DNA of 64,000 nucleotides from Catajapyx aquilonaris (lineage: Eukaryota). The position numbers were made by a program, and so were the translations under genes. The notes under the pieces are model-generated. The model was not told the origin of the DNA, did no database searches, and saw only the letters and a list, made by a program, of their open reading frames with translations. Of this stretch, positions 49,561 through 61,479 are shown in pieces; position 1 is the stretch's first letter, and every line of letters begins with the position of its first letter. The DNA is taken from contig KZ538069.1 in assembly GCA_000934665.2 (NCBI GenBank), positions 1 through 64,000 of the forward strand. The letters run 5' to 3'.

Positions 49561-51859
49561 TTACCCCAGTTTTTCCTGTGCATACTCAATTGTTCGATTT
49601 AATATCCTTTTCTCACTGACTCTTTGGACCATTGCCATGTGGCTGTGTGTTGCTAAAGTCCTTGAACTTGCCACATCCGCATCTTCCTGCAACAGGCAAA
49701 GAGGATTTGAATCAGTTAATGCCATTTCATGTCCACTTTTTACCTCCAAAGTTGTTGAATATGCCCGTAGCAGAAGTTGTGCTCTTGTAAGTATGAATCT
49801 CCACATCCGTGATTCAACTTCATTTGAAACTGGGTGATCCAGGTCTTCCAGGTCAAAAGAATTGTCCTTTTCTAACCATTCATCCAACTGGTCTGAAATA
49901 ATTAGGAAGTAAATCCTTTTGTGAGATGTATCACTTCACAGCAGAAGAAATAAACTAAGAGCAGGGCTTATCTTGAACTCATTGTCAGTCATGTTAAAAG
50001 GTAACATGGTTTAAGAATTCTGCATTTATGTTTTTTTTGTTTTTTTTTGTACCCCGTGCTAGGGCCCTAGGCCCTCTTCGGGGAGTGGAATACCACCATC
50101 AAGTGCAGGGGACAGGATAGGGATAATGAAGGGGGTGCAAGTGTAATGTCTCATGGTGGGAGTTGTGTGCAGTCCCTCAGGGGACCCGTTCGCCAAGATG
50201 ACCCCCCTAGATGCGGGTCAGAAACTCCCCACCGACACCACACCACCTCATGGACGGGACAAGGATAGGAAAGGAAGGAAGCGGCTGTGGCCTATTATTT
50301 AGGAAGCAATCCTGGAATTCTCCTGGGGGGACCGTGGGAAACCACAGAAAACCAAAGTTAGGATTGCCGGCCCTGGGACTCGAACCCAGAACCTCCCGAT
50401 TAGCAGTCGAACACCTTATCCACTCCACCAAACTGCTTCGGTTGAATTCTGCATACTTTATACATGTGTAACCTGTGTGAGGGAATGGGTCTAGTTGTGC
50501 AGCTTCGAGTTGCATGCACCACAATTTCATGCCTTTTCTCGCAATAGGCAACATTTTACATTAAAACTTTGCTCCGTAAATTTTAAGTTTCATTATGGAA
50601 TTTGATGTGTAGGTTGGGGGCCACCATTCTGTCAAAATTGGTCAAGCTTGGGCGAGGTGTGGTGGCCAGTGATGGTGACGTCCCAGCTTGCTGTATGAAA
50701 GGTCCTGGGCTTGACTTGAACCCCGCCCAGGAGTTCCCTTTCGCCTGCGTCAGGAGGGTCTCTGACACGCACCATGGAGGTGTCTGGCAACGTAACCTTC
50801 TGGAGGACTGTACATGGCCCAGTTTCAGACATTGCAAGTGCTTGCACCCGAGTCCCCTCCCCAAAACAATCCCCATTCCCTTACCCATGTCCCTTTCTCC
50901 CTAGCACGGTGTTCGAAGAAAATCCAGAAAAATAGTGATGGAAAAATGGTGTTCCACCCCCCTAACGGAGCAATGCTTCTCCCAATAGGGTAAGTAAAAT
51001 AAATAAATAAATAAAATAAATGGGTCAAGCATGGAGGGAGTTATTACCTTTTTTTGTGTTTTTTAAGTGCAAGATAACTTGAAAAATTCACAGAATGTCA
51101 AACTTGGGGATTATATTTTTGCAAAGGAACTGCCTAGTCAAAGTTGACCAAATTTAATATAGAGAAGTCTGTCTCTAGACATGCATGTTCTCTCTCCATA
51201 TCTTGCAGTTTCGATTACATTTTCATGTTGTTGAAACCAGATATGAAAACTCTAGGTTGCAACAAGTTAGCCTGCCTGACTGCGCAACAAATTATTATTT
51301 TTTCAACATCAATAATAATAATTATTGTTCCTACCTTTGTCCATGCTGAAAACCCTCAAAAACGCAAGTAAGCGTGACTCCAGAGGGCAACCTGTTGCCT
51401 GCAATCGAAAGGCAGCGCTGGTGGGCAACTGCACCCTAGACAACAACAATGCCCTCTTATCATGCATGGGGTCATCTTTAGAGACACCCAACTTGATGAC
51501 CAAAGTGTCACTGGCATTCTCCTCCAAAACAAATCCATTGTGGACCAACAGATCCGAGTTGGGCCTGGCTCCATACGAGATGAGCAGCTCATCTCCAATG
51601 CAAAACTCCCTGGAAGCCATACATTCCAATCTGTTGAGATCCGGTTTGAAATCAGTTGTGATCTAAAATAAACCCNCCCCCCCCCCCCCCCCCAGGTTGC
51701 ATCAGTTGTGTTGACAAGTGTGCCAGTAGTTAGAGGATCCTTACCGGTCCGTTGGTGTGGTTACACATATCCCACAATGGGATGAGGGCAGTTATGCGAG
51801 ATGTGCCATCAGAGCTCGGAATTGAGTTCTGTCGACTCATCACCGTGGATGCCGCCCAC
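49561..51859 (-). CDS. SETD3: Actin-histidine N-methyltransferase SETD3, 3' portion (last 4 exons; upstream exons not found in window)
   Basis: Exons 51859-51745 (WAASTVMSRQNSIP...ALIPLWDMCNHTNGP), 51662-51335 (ITTDF...ISYGARPNSDLLVHNGF...LLAFLRVFSMDK), 49892-49744 and 49686-49561 (LLLRAYSTTLE-EDADV...SEKRIL). SET-domain NH motif followed by a Rubisco-LSMT-type substrate-binding domain. Confidence 0.9.
50030..50422 (-). mobile_element. tRNA-derived SINE (family B), uninterrupted
   Basis: Minus-strand head GTTCGACTGCTAATCGGGAGGTTCTGGGTTCGAGTCCC, body matching 32958-33300, and an A-rich tail. Confidence 0.82.
50652..51020 (+). mobile_element. tRNA-derived SINE (family A)
   Basis: Homologous to the 526 and 19358 copies, with an (AAAT)n tail. 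Confidence 0.8.
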
Positions 51860-54800
51860 CTGTCCAAATTACACAAAGATTGTCAGGTGAAATCTCCGGG
51901 TGCATGGGAAGCGGATCTAGCCCTGTAGGTTACATGCTTAGGTGCAGATATGTGCCTTTTTGGCACATTTTTGTTTCAAGTCAGAAGCGCAATGGGGGCT
52001 TCCTCATTTTCTCCTCATCTATACTGTATACGCCGATGCCTTTTGATTCCGATTATGTCGGCTATGCCATCATGGGCTCGTGGTTTCTACCCCGGTTAAC
52101 TCGGCCTATTCAATCCGGATGAGTATTCAGGTTGTCAACCTCCCTTTCCCACTCGGACCTATTCTTAGATAAAAAAGGATCCAATAAATAGCCGAAACAG
52201 GCTCGTCACAGTTTCGCAAATTTTACGGAGGTAAAGCAAATTTTACACGCTCGGCTGGAATCGCTCAAAAAATAACCAAAGTTTCATTCCGCCCGCTATT
52301 ACACCAAAAAAAAAAAAAAAATCTATAAATACCTGGCATTCGCATAATTAGTGGGCCGCTAATTACCGTATTTTCGTGCAGGAATTCGTCGCATTTTTAC
52401 TACCGTACGCGGATTTTTGGGGCCGGGAAAACTCACCAGCGGCAACTCCGTGCGGAAAGAGAAATGTTTTCCCAAATATTATGATAGGTTCACACAGATC
52501 GAAGAATTTCTCCCGGAATTAGAGCATAATGAAGAGACCCTTATCAAAAATCACGGGCAGACCTTCACGCCCTATTAGGATGAAGGAAAAGTGGTTTTTT
52601 TTACAACTGGACTAATAAAAATGTATTCCATGCTTTTGATCGCCAGTGAAACTGTCGATTTATCGACAACAAACATTGGTGAACCAGTTTGGGCTGATTT
52701 ATATCTTTCTAATGCGTCTGCAACAGGACTCTGCTGCTAAACAGTGTAATTGCGACTGACTGACGTCACTGCCTTAATTACGGCAGACGCCAACAATTAA
52801 ATATGAGAGAACCATGAATTTCTTCTTTACAAATTTCTTCGTGCTTTTATCTCGTTTTTTGTTGTGGAATTAAACAACTTTCTATAGTTTTTTTTTTTCC
52901 TCTCTCGGATAATATGCGCATAGGCGTGCAAATACCCCGCCTAGTACCAGGCTATTGTTAGTATGCAGTAATTGACCTGTGACCCGACAGGTTGTCCTGA
53001 TGGTTCATCCAGAATGTAACTCACTTGTACACTGCGGATGTGCATTATTACAGAGGGTGTTCCTGCAAATGGTAGTTGGTGACGCCCTCCACCTGTGCTA
53101 TGAGTCTGTACTTAACTGTTGACCGTATGTTACAGACTTATTAAATTGAATTCATAATGTGGCGACTCTGTAATATATGTTCCCAGGAAAGTGCTTTATT
53201 ATCCCACACAGGCCCAGTTCTGAGAAAATCCATGAAGTCTTAAGTTTTTTTTTTCTTCTCGTTTTACTTTATCTACTTTCATGTGAAATAGAAAATGTTG
53301 GCATTAATTACTTGATTCACTAATTGTATTAGATATCTACAGGCTCAGAATAACTGCAGGAGACTGAGTTCTACTAAATCATTCCAGCCATATTAATAAT
53401 GACGATAATGTTCCGATACTCTATGATAGTTCTGTGGCCTCTCATGGAATCTTTTAAATACGTACTATATTCCATTAATCACTTCAAAGATGCTGAGAAT
53501 ACAGTCGAGTAAGCGTATCTGGGAAGGGTGTTACATAATCGTTCACAGTGACTGAAATCTCCTAGATTAACACTTAATTTCTTCATTACAATTTATGCAA
53601 ACTACATAACTACATGCCCTAATAAACGCATTTGCATATGGATGAAAAGGTGAAGCACGCTTGCACATATTTTTCCAGGTTTGTTTTTTAGCCAAAGGTT
53701 GGAGGTCCATTGCAGCGCAGGAGCAGTCACATAACCCTTGCTTGACCTTTACCCTGCTCTTGAATTGTGATATTGTTGCAGTATTTATTTAGGCTTTGCT
53801 GGCCGAATTTGATAAATAACGGACACTAGGTCTACTCTTTTCGTATCGGAAATGTACCGGGTATATGCCTGAAATTTTTCCAGAATTCTAGTGTATTTTA
53901 AATCAAATGAAACGTAATTACCATTAAAATTTTGTCGTCATTTTGAACATCGCCCTTAATCGGTATTATGGATAGTTTAGTTGCACTCCTATACTACTGT
54001 ACCAGTAGTATATGTGCTATTCTGGGTATGGATTAATGTCGTTGAATGTCACTACACGCGTATGTATCACAAAAGATCAATTGGTGGAAAATGCAAAATT
54101 ATGCAAAAACATACGAAGCAAATACCGTATGGCACAGTTAGAAATATGTCCAAATCGATATGGAGTATCTTTATTTTTCAGAGTTTTTAAAAAGTTTTAC
54201 GGTCAAAAGGTAGGCCTACTTACTTTTTAATGCGGTAATAAATGTTATCTGGATGTTGTTTCTTGTAGTAAGTCACAGGCTACTAAGAAAATAAGTCACG
54301 TTTTCTTTTAAATTATTAAAAAATCAAAAAATCAAATTATATTGCATGGCTGTAAAAGTGTAAATAAAATGTATTTCAGAAATCCTATGACACAGTGGAT
54401 GTCAAAAACTGACACGAAACCGTGCTCTGAATATTTCAAATGGTCAAACCCATGGTGGCAAAAAAATCTTCACCATACAATCTTCCTAATCTGATACACT
54501 TTCCGGAAAAGTTGTGGCTGAGCTTGTGATTTGCGAATGAATTCGCGCCATACCTCTGCTGATTGTGGTTTCCTTACTCATTGGATCTCAATTTTGCACG
54601 CCAAAATTGTTGCATCACTTTTGCATTCAAATAAAGTTGGCAATGAGGAAGAGACAAATAGCGTTCTTATGCTCCTAGAATAGTTAGTAGAATCTTTCTA
54701 TAATCTAACAAGAGACACGTAACCAGAAATATGGGACATCGCGGGGGTCTTCATAACTATTGGAGATGAAATTTTGCCAATAATTGGAATCATCACAAAC

Positions 54801-57800
54801 GTTTAAAACGAATTGACTGCCAAAAATTAACTGCACTGATGTGATGTGGTGTAGAGGGGAAGGGGTCACCTAATCCCTTTTTTGAGAAGTTAGGCTCACT
54901 GTGAGTAGTATACTCGCGTATCTCTCCCTGCATATCCAATTAGTAAAAGATTTTCCCCAGGCTGCTCTACCACTTTGTTTAAAACTTGAAGGTCACTGTC
55001 ATGTCAAAGTGTGAGGCCAAGGAGCTAAGACCTTGGACCTGTTCAGGATTGCTTTTAACGAGAATATAGAGTGTCCAAAAATTGTTAGAATCAGAGGCCT
55101 TGGAACTTTCAAAGGGTTCTTTGACTTCTTCAAATCTCGAGAAACTTGCTGTGCTCTTTTCTCACGATTACTTAATAATCTTTGACGCAAGTTCATGAAA
55201 TGGTTTAAATGGCAATGGCCACAACATTTGGCAAAATTATATTAAATAACGTGACATGGTAACTACATGAGCAAAGGATATACGGTCAATTATCATTCAA
55301 ATCTAATGGTCATCGGGAATCGCCAATAATTACAGAGAATGATCTAATGAAAAATACAATTGCGCAATTTTTTAAAAATTGAAAAATCCGCCGATATACT
55401 GTATATTTCACATTTCTCACTTCCATTTGATCCTCCATCATATTGTGAACATATTGACTCCTCATGTAATAGGTTTGTGTCACACCAACAGTTTTCAGAA
55501 GAAGGGTGTGTTATACCTCCCATGTGTGAACATACCTACACTGGAAACTGCAACGCTAGTGGTTATGACATCACGGCACTCCACTTGTTCCGGTGACGTT
55601 CAGGTCATGAAAAAGTCATGGTTAGCCAGCATTTCTTTCTCCTTTTCTTGTGCCGAATCCAAATATGCACCCCCAAAAGGCGTTACATTTGCAAATGATT
55701 TTCGGTCGAGGGCTCCCAGCGACCACATATTCTCACCTTCCGCCTGCTTCTGTCAACATTAAGTTAATGTTTCTTTATTTTCACTATGTGTTAGGTCAGC
55801 GAGAGACTCCTCAGTCAGATGTCTTAATCAGTGGAATTACATGTTGCATTCCTGAACAAGTGACAAGGGAGCAACATCCCCATCACAATATAAATGCCAA
55901 ATCAGTTCCAATCCTGCACAATTGTCATACCTGTTATCTCTAGGGCAATCCTCATTCATCACTGCCCAACAGTGGGCCATGTATACAACCCCACGTTATC
56001 TTTCCACCCACGCACAAGTTGCATAATTACTCCAAGTAAACAACAAATGATTTGAGCCACTCCCATCACACCTTCCAACATATTGCCACATGAAGTCACC
56101 ACCCTTTGGTCAAGGGTCGCATTCCCCATTAAAGCTGTCCATTGACCCTTCGCAGTAGGCTAACACCCCATCCTGACTCATTTCTCCCCATGTTATTCCG
56201 CTCGCTTCCTGAATTCCTGGCAACCATCCTCATTTTTGGTCCTCAAGTCATGCCATTTTCTCCAGTCGTCACACACACATACATACATACATACACACAC
56301 CCTTATCTGATGCCCCTCCCTCTATAGCACTGGCCGCCAACTAGCGCCACCCTCGGCCAGAAGCACCAAGCGAGGAAAATAACTAGACCGTCCCTTAGTT
56401 AGTGGCGGTCGGCGCAAAGTAACTACCTGCAGCATGCTCTAGTCCTCCAGTCAGAGCGAACATGGTCACCTGGCCGTCCCACGCGCGCCTCCTCAAAAGG
56501 GCGGCTCTTATGGACTGAACTCTTTGCCATGGACCATATACGTGCAAGGTTGTAGGGTGGGTATACTTGTGCCGTGCCGCATTGGGAGTACCTGGGAAGT
56601 TGCAGGTGTCGCATGGAGGTAAGTTACTATTATGCTCTATTGACAAAACTATTCTGACAGCACATACCGGATGTACTGTATTTAGAATCTCAATTATTTA
56701 TAGTTACAAATTGTTCCAAACAGGATTCAATCTGAAATAATGTATCCGTTGCAACAGGCCCTTAAAAAGACATTTTGAGCACCTAGCACGTATCTGGTCG
56801 ACTTTTTTTTTTTTTTCTAAAAGAAAAAAGAGGATGACGCCCTATGGACCGGTTCAAATTTTAATCAGTCAACTCAAAGTTGCTCAACCTTGCTACGTCA
56901 AGGTTGGTCAAGTTAAGCTCATTTCAATTTTGAGGAGGCTGACGCCAATTGGAAACATTTAAACATCGCCCTTTAAAAAAACACACACACACACATCCTT
57001 GGTCATAATGCGATACAGTCCTACGCCACACCAACAATCCAGTGTTCCCATCCGATACGAGATTTTGTTATCGAGTGATGAAACTCGGTGGGAAGGTATT
57101 CCCAAGAAGCGTTGGGAAGCTCTTCTCAAGGTGTTACGCGTTCAGGTGTACTCCTAATTAGTCTCAATGCTACTTCCCCCCAGCACATTGTTTCGGATCC
57201 AATTAATCGGAACACCCCCTCGAACCTCTGGGTACATACGCGGTAGTTTCGGTCACTGGTGGCAAAAAAAAAAAAAAAAAAAAAAAGCGCGTGCCATAGA
57301 CCATCACATCGTGTCCATTAGCTAATCTCACCGGATCTTGTATGGCGAGTAATACACTTTCTTCGCAGAGCTATCAGATGGTTGCTGAAAAGGCAAAAGG
57401 TGCGCCCTAAATGGTCGCGGGCCCGTAAGAAGCACGGTACAAAAAACCGCAGATCGTGACACTCAAGAGAATATCTAGGTACCCGCCAAATAGAATAATA
57501 GGTGCCCTGCTGATAGTAGGCTTATCGCGATGGTAGTGGGGGGAGGCTAGAGGTACGTTACAGTATTGGAAAATCTGTGGAAAATGAGCAACTGTTGTAA
57601 TAATACAGTAATAACTAGGGGGCGAAACTTTCACCCAGCTGTTCTTGGTGTCTATAACGGATCCAAATTCTACTTCAACTGGCCTAAAAATGCTAGTAAT
57701 TTCTGTGACCAAAAGGTCAGCACCAAAAATGGTATCGACATAGTTCTGGTACCCTTTTATACGGATATGGTTCACAAGACTCACGACATATCGTTGCGCT

Positions 57801-59565
57801 GTCCATTCCGTGTTGCATTTTCTCCAAAACATTAAAAATGAAGGGGGAGAAAAATGTCCACGCCCACCTTTGGCACACGCAACATAACGGCCCACATTTT
57901 CCACTAAAATTCCGCTAATTTTTTGCACCAAGAATTGAAGCGGTGCGGAAATTGCAAGGTCCGAAGTGAAGGTACAGCCAGGACATAATGTTGCAAAAAT
58001 TCCACCTATAAGTACCCCCCGAGATAATGCTGACCTACTCCAGTCTTAAAATCTCCCATTAAATCAAGATGTTCCATCCAAAAATTCCCTCATCTTATCC
58101 TATGTGTAACTGACAATTTGCATGCAATGATCAAATCATTTTATGTCCTGTATATTATATAATGTCATGCGGATTTCACATAATGTATCATTCTGTATGC
58201 AAATCACATGTGAGCTGATTGCAATTTTAATAAGTACATTGCATTTCCTTCATTTTAACCCCAAAATCGCTGAGAATAACAAACGGGCATATCACTTCAG
58301 CTTTCTCTTCAATCCTGGAAGCCTTCCAGCCCTTCCTCGACTTTACCCAGCCGATGACAGAACAATGGTAATGTTTGACTGGTAGTGGAATATTCTGTTT
58401 AGCATCGGGAAAATCGGTCTGAGAAACATTTTCGCGACTGTGTGGTTAAGACACAAGAACAAGAAGACGAAAAAAAGGCGATGGCAAGACCCAGTTTCGC
58501 TGCTCAAGTCCTTGTGAGGGAAATGGGTGGAGACCAAAAAAAACAAGAAAAAAAAACACACAGTTCGCCTTATGTACCGCTCTGTTAATTCTCGCCATTT
58601 TTTTTTCTTTTTGCAATGCAACTGTGTTGATTCGCATTTCCGCGAGGAAGTTTACTCCTTTATAATGCAGCACATCATGCAACTATTGTCACTGTGAACA
58701 TGACGTGAACCGTCAAAAATTAGCTCTTGAATTATACTGTCCTAGCTGTTTTTTGTTGGCCACTTTTTTTTTTCTCCCACACAATGTGGTGTAATAACCG
58801 CGACCTTCTTGATCCAGGTGACAATGGCTAGAGGGCAGTTTTATCGAGGTCCACGCATAAATACACAATATTGTGGATGACAAATCCAAGGACTTGTGCA
58901 AGGCGAGTTGCCCAATTCGGAATATGGCTATATGATTTCCTTCACGGGTTCTGATCTCAATCCTAAGCCGCTATTTTTTTTCTGTCCGAAATTGGATGCA
59001 AAAGATTAACTATAAGGGTTGCCCCGCTTGACAAGGGATCGCTTACTAAGATTCACAACCGGTTCCTTCTTTTTTTTTTTCTTGACAAGGTCGGTCATAA
59101 ATACACAGGATGATTCAGAATTTACTGGTGGCAACACCCTATGGGAAAACATCGCATATAGGCATGTGGAAGCGAAATTGGGCACACCCTGTGCGTTCTT
59201 CATGGGTATGTCAGACTGGTTTGTTAATTGCTTGGTAGGAGATGGATATCGTTGGGCTGATTAATATTTGCGGCCGAATTCAATTACAGGATAATTAATG
59301 GAATTCTAAGACAACAGTGGCAAACTTTTTTATCTGCTCGTATTTATCATCGCGAAAGTGGTACAGCTCTATTGTGTTTTTTCGTTGTGATATTAATAGT
59401 TTCTTAGCGTCACTTCCGCTCTATATTATAATAAGACCCTTTCAAGTGCCGAAGTACCACTGAAAAATTACAAGCCATTAAATTTTACCGGCTGTGTATT
59501 TGTGCTTCTACTTGTACTATCCAAAATAAGCTTATCGAGCTCACAAGTTAGTGCTTCCGATTTGA

Positions 59566-59817
59566 CAGGGTGTTTGGAAAGTAGATGTGATACCTAAGGT
59601 AAAGGACAGAATTCGGAATCGACGAGTCCTCTGGCATTTTGTCGTAAGAATATCGCTTTTGGACATATCACTGTTTACCAAAATCGCCCAAACCTTGCAG
59701 GGCTGTAGCACCTCAGCCATAATTTGTACAACAAAATGCCAGCAGAAATCTCTTTCACTCAGAATGGTGCCCTTTACTTGTGGCTTCACGCCATTGTCAT
59801 ATTTTCCAAACACCCTG
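59566..59817. mobile_element. Degenerate Tc1-type MITE
   Basis: CAGGGTGTTTGGAAA ... TTTCCAAACACCCTG-TA. Confidence 0.55.
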
Positions 59818-61378
59818 TATAGAGTACTGCACTGTAGGACAAGCACAATACAGGCACTCCGCTACCCAACCATTTCATGGAGAAATATTTTAACAGTTAA
59901 ATTTTTACAATTCTACGCTCTTCTAGGTATTACAAGTCCAGCTCGGCAAAAGCGTTGTAGCTTGGCGTGCCTTGCTCATTAAAAATTACCGTACACGGCC
60001 CAGGAACCACAAGGAAGTTACGCGACAAACCATCCAACATGCGACACAACTTGACGCAGGAAATTGTTGGCTGAAACATAATTTGTATTTTCTCAATCTT
60101 TGGCCAAAAATAAGTTACTGGTGTATATTAGTTACTCCGAAGTGACGTTTTGTCATGTACTAACCGTTTGAAAGGAATGGGTACAAGAAATTAATCGTCT
60201 TTATACAGCATTTCTTGGGAAAGGTTGTTCACATTGATTTTGTGTTAGAGACATTTTAAGCAACTTTCACAATGCAATTGCTCTAAGACCAACGAGCTGA
60301 AAAGTCACAGTACCAATGTGTAGCTGTTACTCCATGGGAAATCCTAAATTGCAAGACAGAGGCATGCACTGTATTACGATAAGCATCTTTTGGCAGTGAA
60401 CATCTTATTATTCCCAGACCTGAATTTTAAGGTCACACATGAAACAGTTATGTAAAATAATTATGACAATCGCACACATTCCAATAAGTTCTCAACCAAA
60501 ATGATGACTTCACTTTGCTCTCATATTTTCTTACGAATTATTACTCTCTACGAGTTACAACAAATCATGCAATAACCCAGAATTATGTATGGCAAAGTAA
60601 CAAAATAAAAAGAGTGTGAGTTATTATATTCACATTTTTCTAGTAACGTGTGCAAATACTTTTATCTGTGACAATAGTTTTGAGAATCTCTAAAACATGA
60701 CCATTATTGAACGACTTATTAAACGTGCTTGTCATTGAGCCACGAATTGTTTAGACCTTCCACACGTGTAAAAAAATAATTGCAGTAATACTGGCAAGCA
60801 AGTTTAATGATTACAAATGTGAAAATTGATAGGTACCATATAATATCAAGGTTATACAGAATGTTGGACAACAACCAGATGTATATCATGCGTTTGTACA
60901 TGGACCTATAGAATATCAGCAGAAATTATACACCATCGGACACACCCAGAGTAATTGTGCTGCTGCATGTGTTGCGGATTATTATCAATGTTATTTTCCT
61001 GTGTTTGCCAATCTTCATCTTTTCGTACATCCTGCAATTACATTTCCAACAAAAATAAAAATACGTCTGTTTACTCCCCCATAGTGACATTTACCGCCTG
61101 ATAACGTTTTATCCCGCCATAAAATACTAATTTTCCGATCTACTTTGCTCCACCCAATGTAAACAAGGCCACGCGGCAGGTTGCACTATACATTTTTAAA
61201 CATATTATTTTATTACCACTATGGGAAAATTATGCCCACACTTTCCTGCAACCTATTTCTAACAAACGCATGCTTGATATTTCGTGAGTCGCTTCGCCCC
61301 ATCCGATTACATGTTGATAAAATATTACATAAAAGTGCGCGACTTGTTGTAGAAATTATATCCTAGCTATTAATATGC

Positions 61379-61479
61379 GTGAATATTGTACTGGATGAAT
61401 CATAGAGCGCGTAATGATTATAGTAGCGAATCATTACTGTCATTACGCTCTCTATGACTCATCCAGGCACAATATTCAC
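61379..61479. repeat. Isolated imperfect hairpin of about 100 nt (stem about 40 bp)
   Basis: GTGAATATTGT.CTGGATGA.TCATAGAG.GCGTAATGA pairs with TCATTACGCTCTCTATGACTCATCCAGGCACAATATTCAC. Confidence 0.7.

Noticed and set aside
57407..57931. 174-aa minus-strand ORF
   Set aside because: Non-ATG start in the ORF track, no recognisable domain and no convincing splice boundaries.
59110..59205. Plus-strand AG-GT segment reading ...GMWKRNWAHPVRSSW, reminiscent of MIP/allatostatin-B W-x-W peptides
   Set aside because: It lacks the Gly-Lys-Arg amidation and cleavage signals, has no repeated peptide copies or signal exon, and is likely chance.
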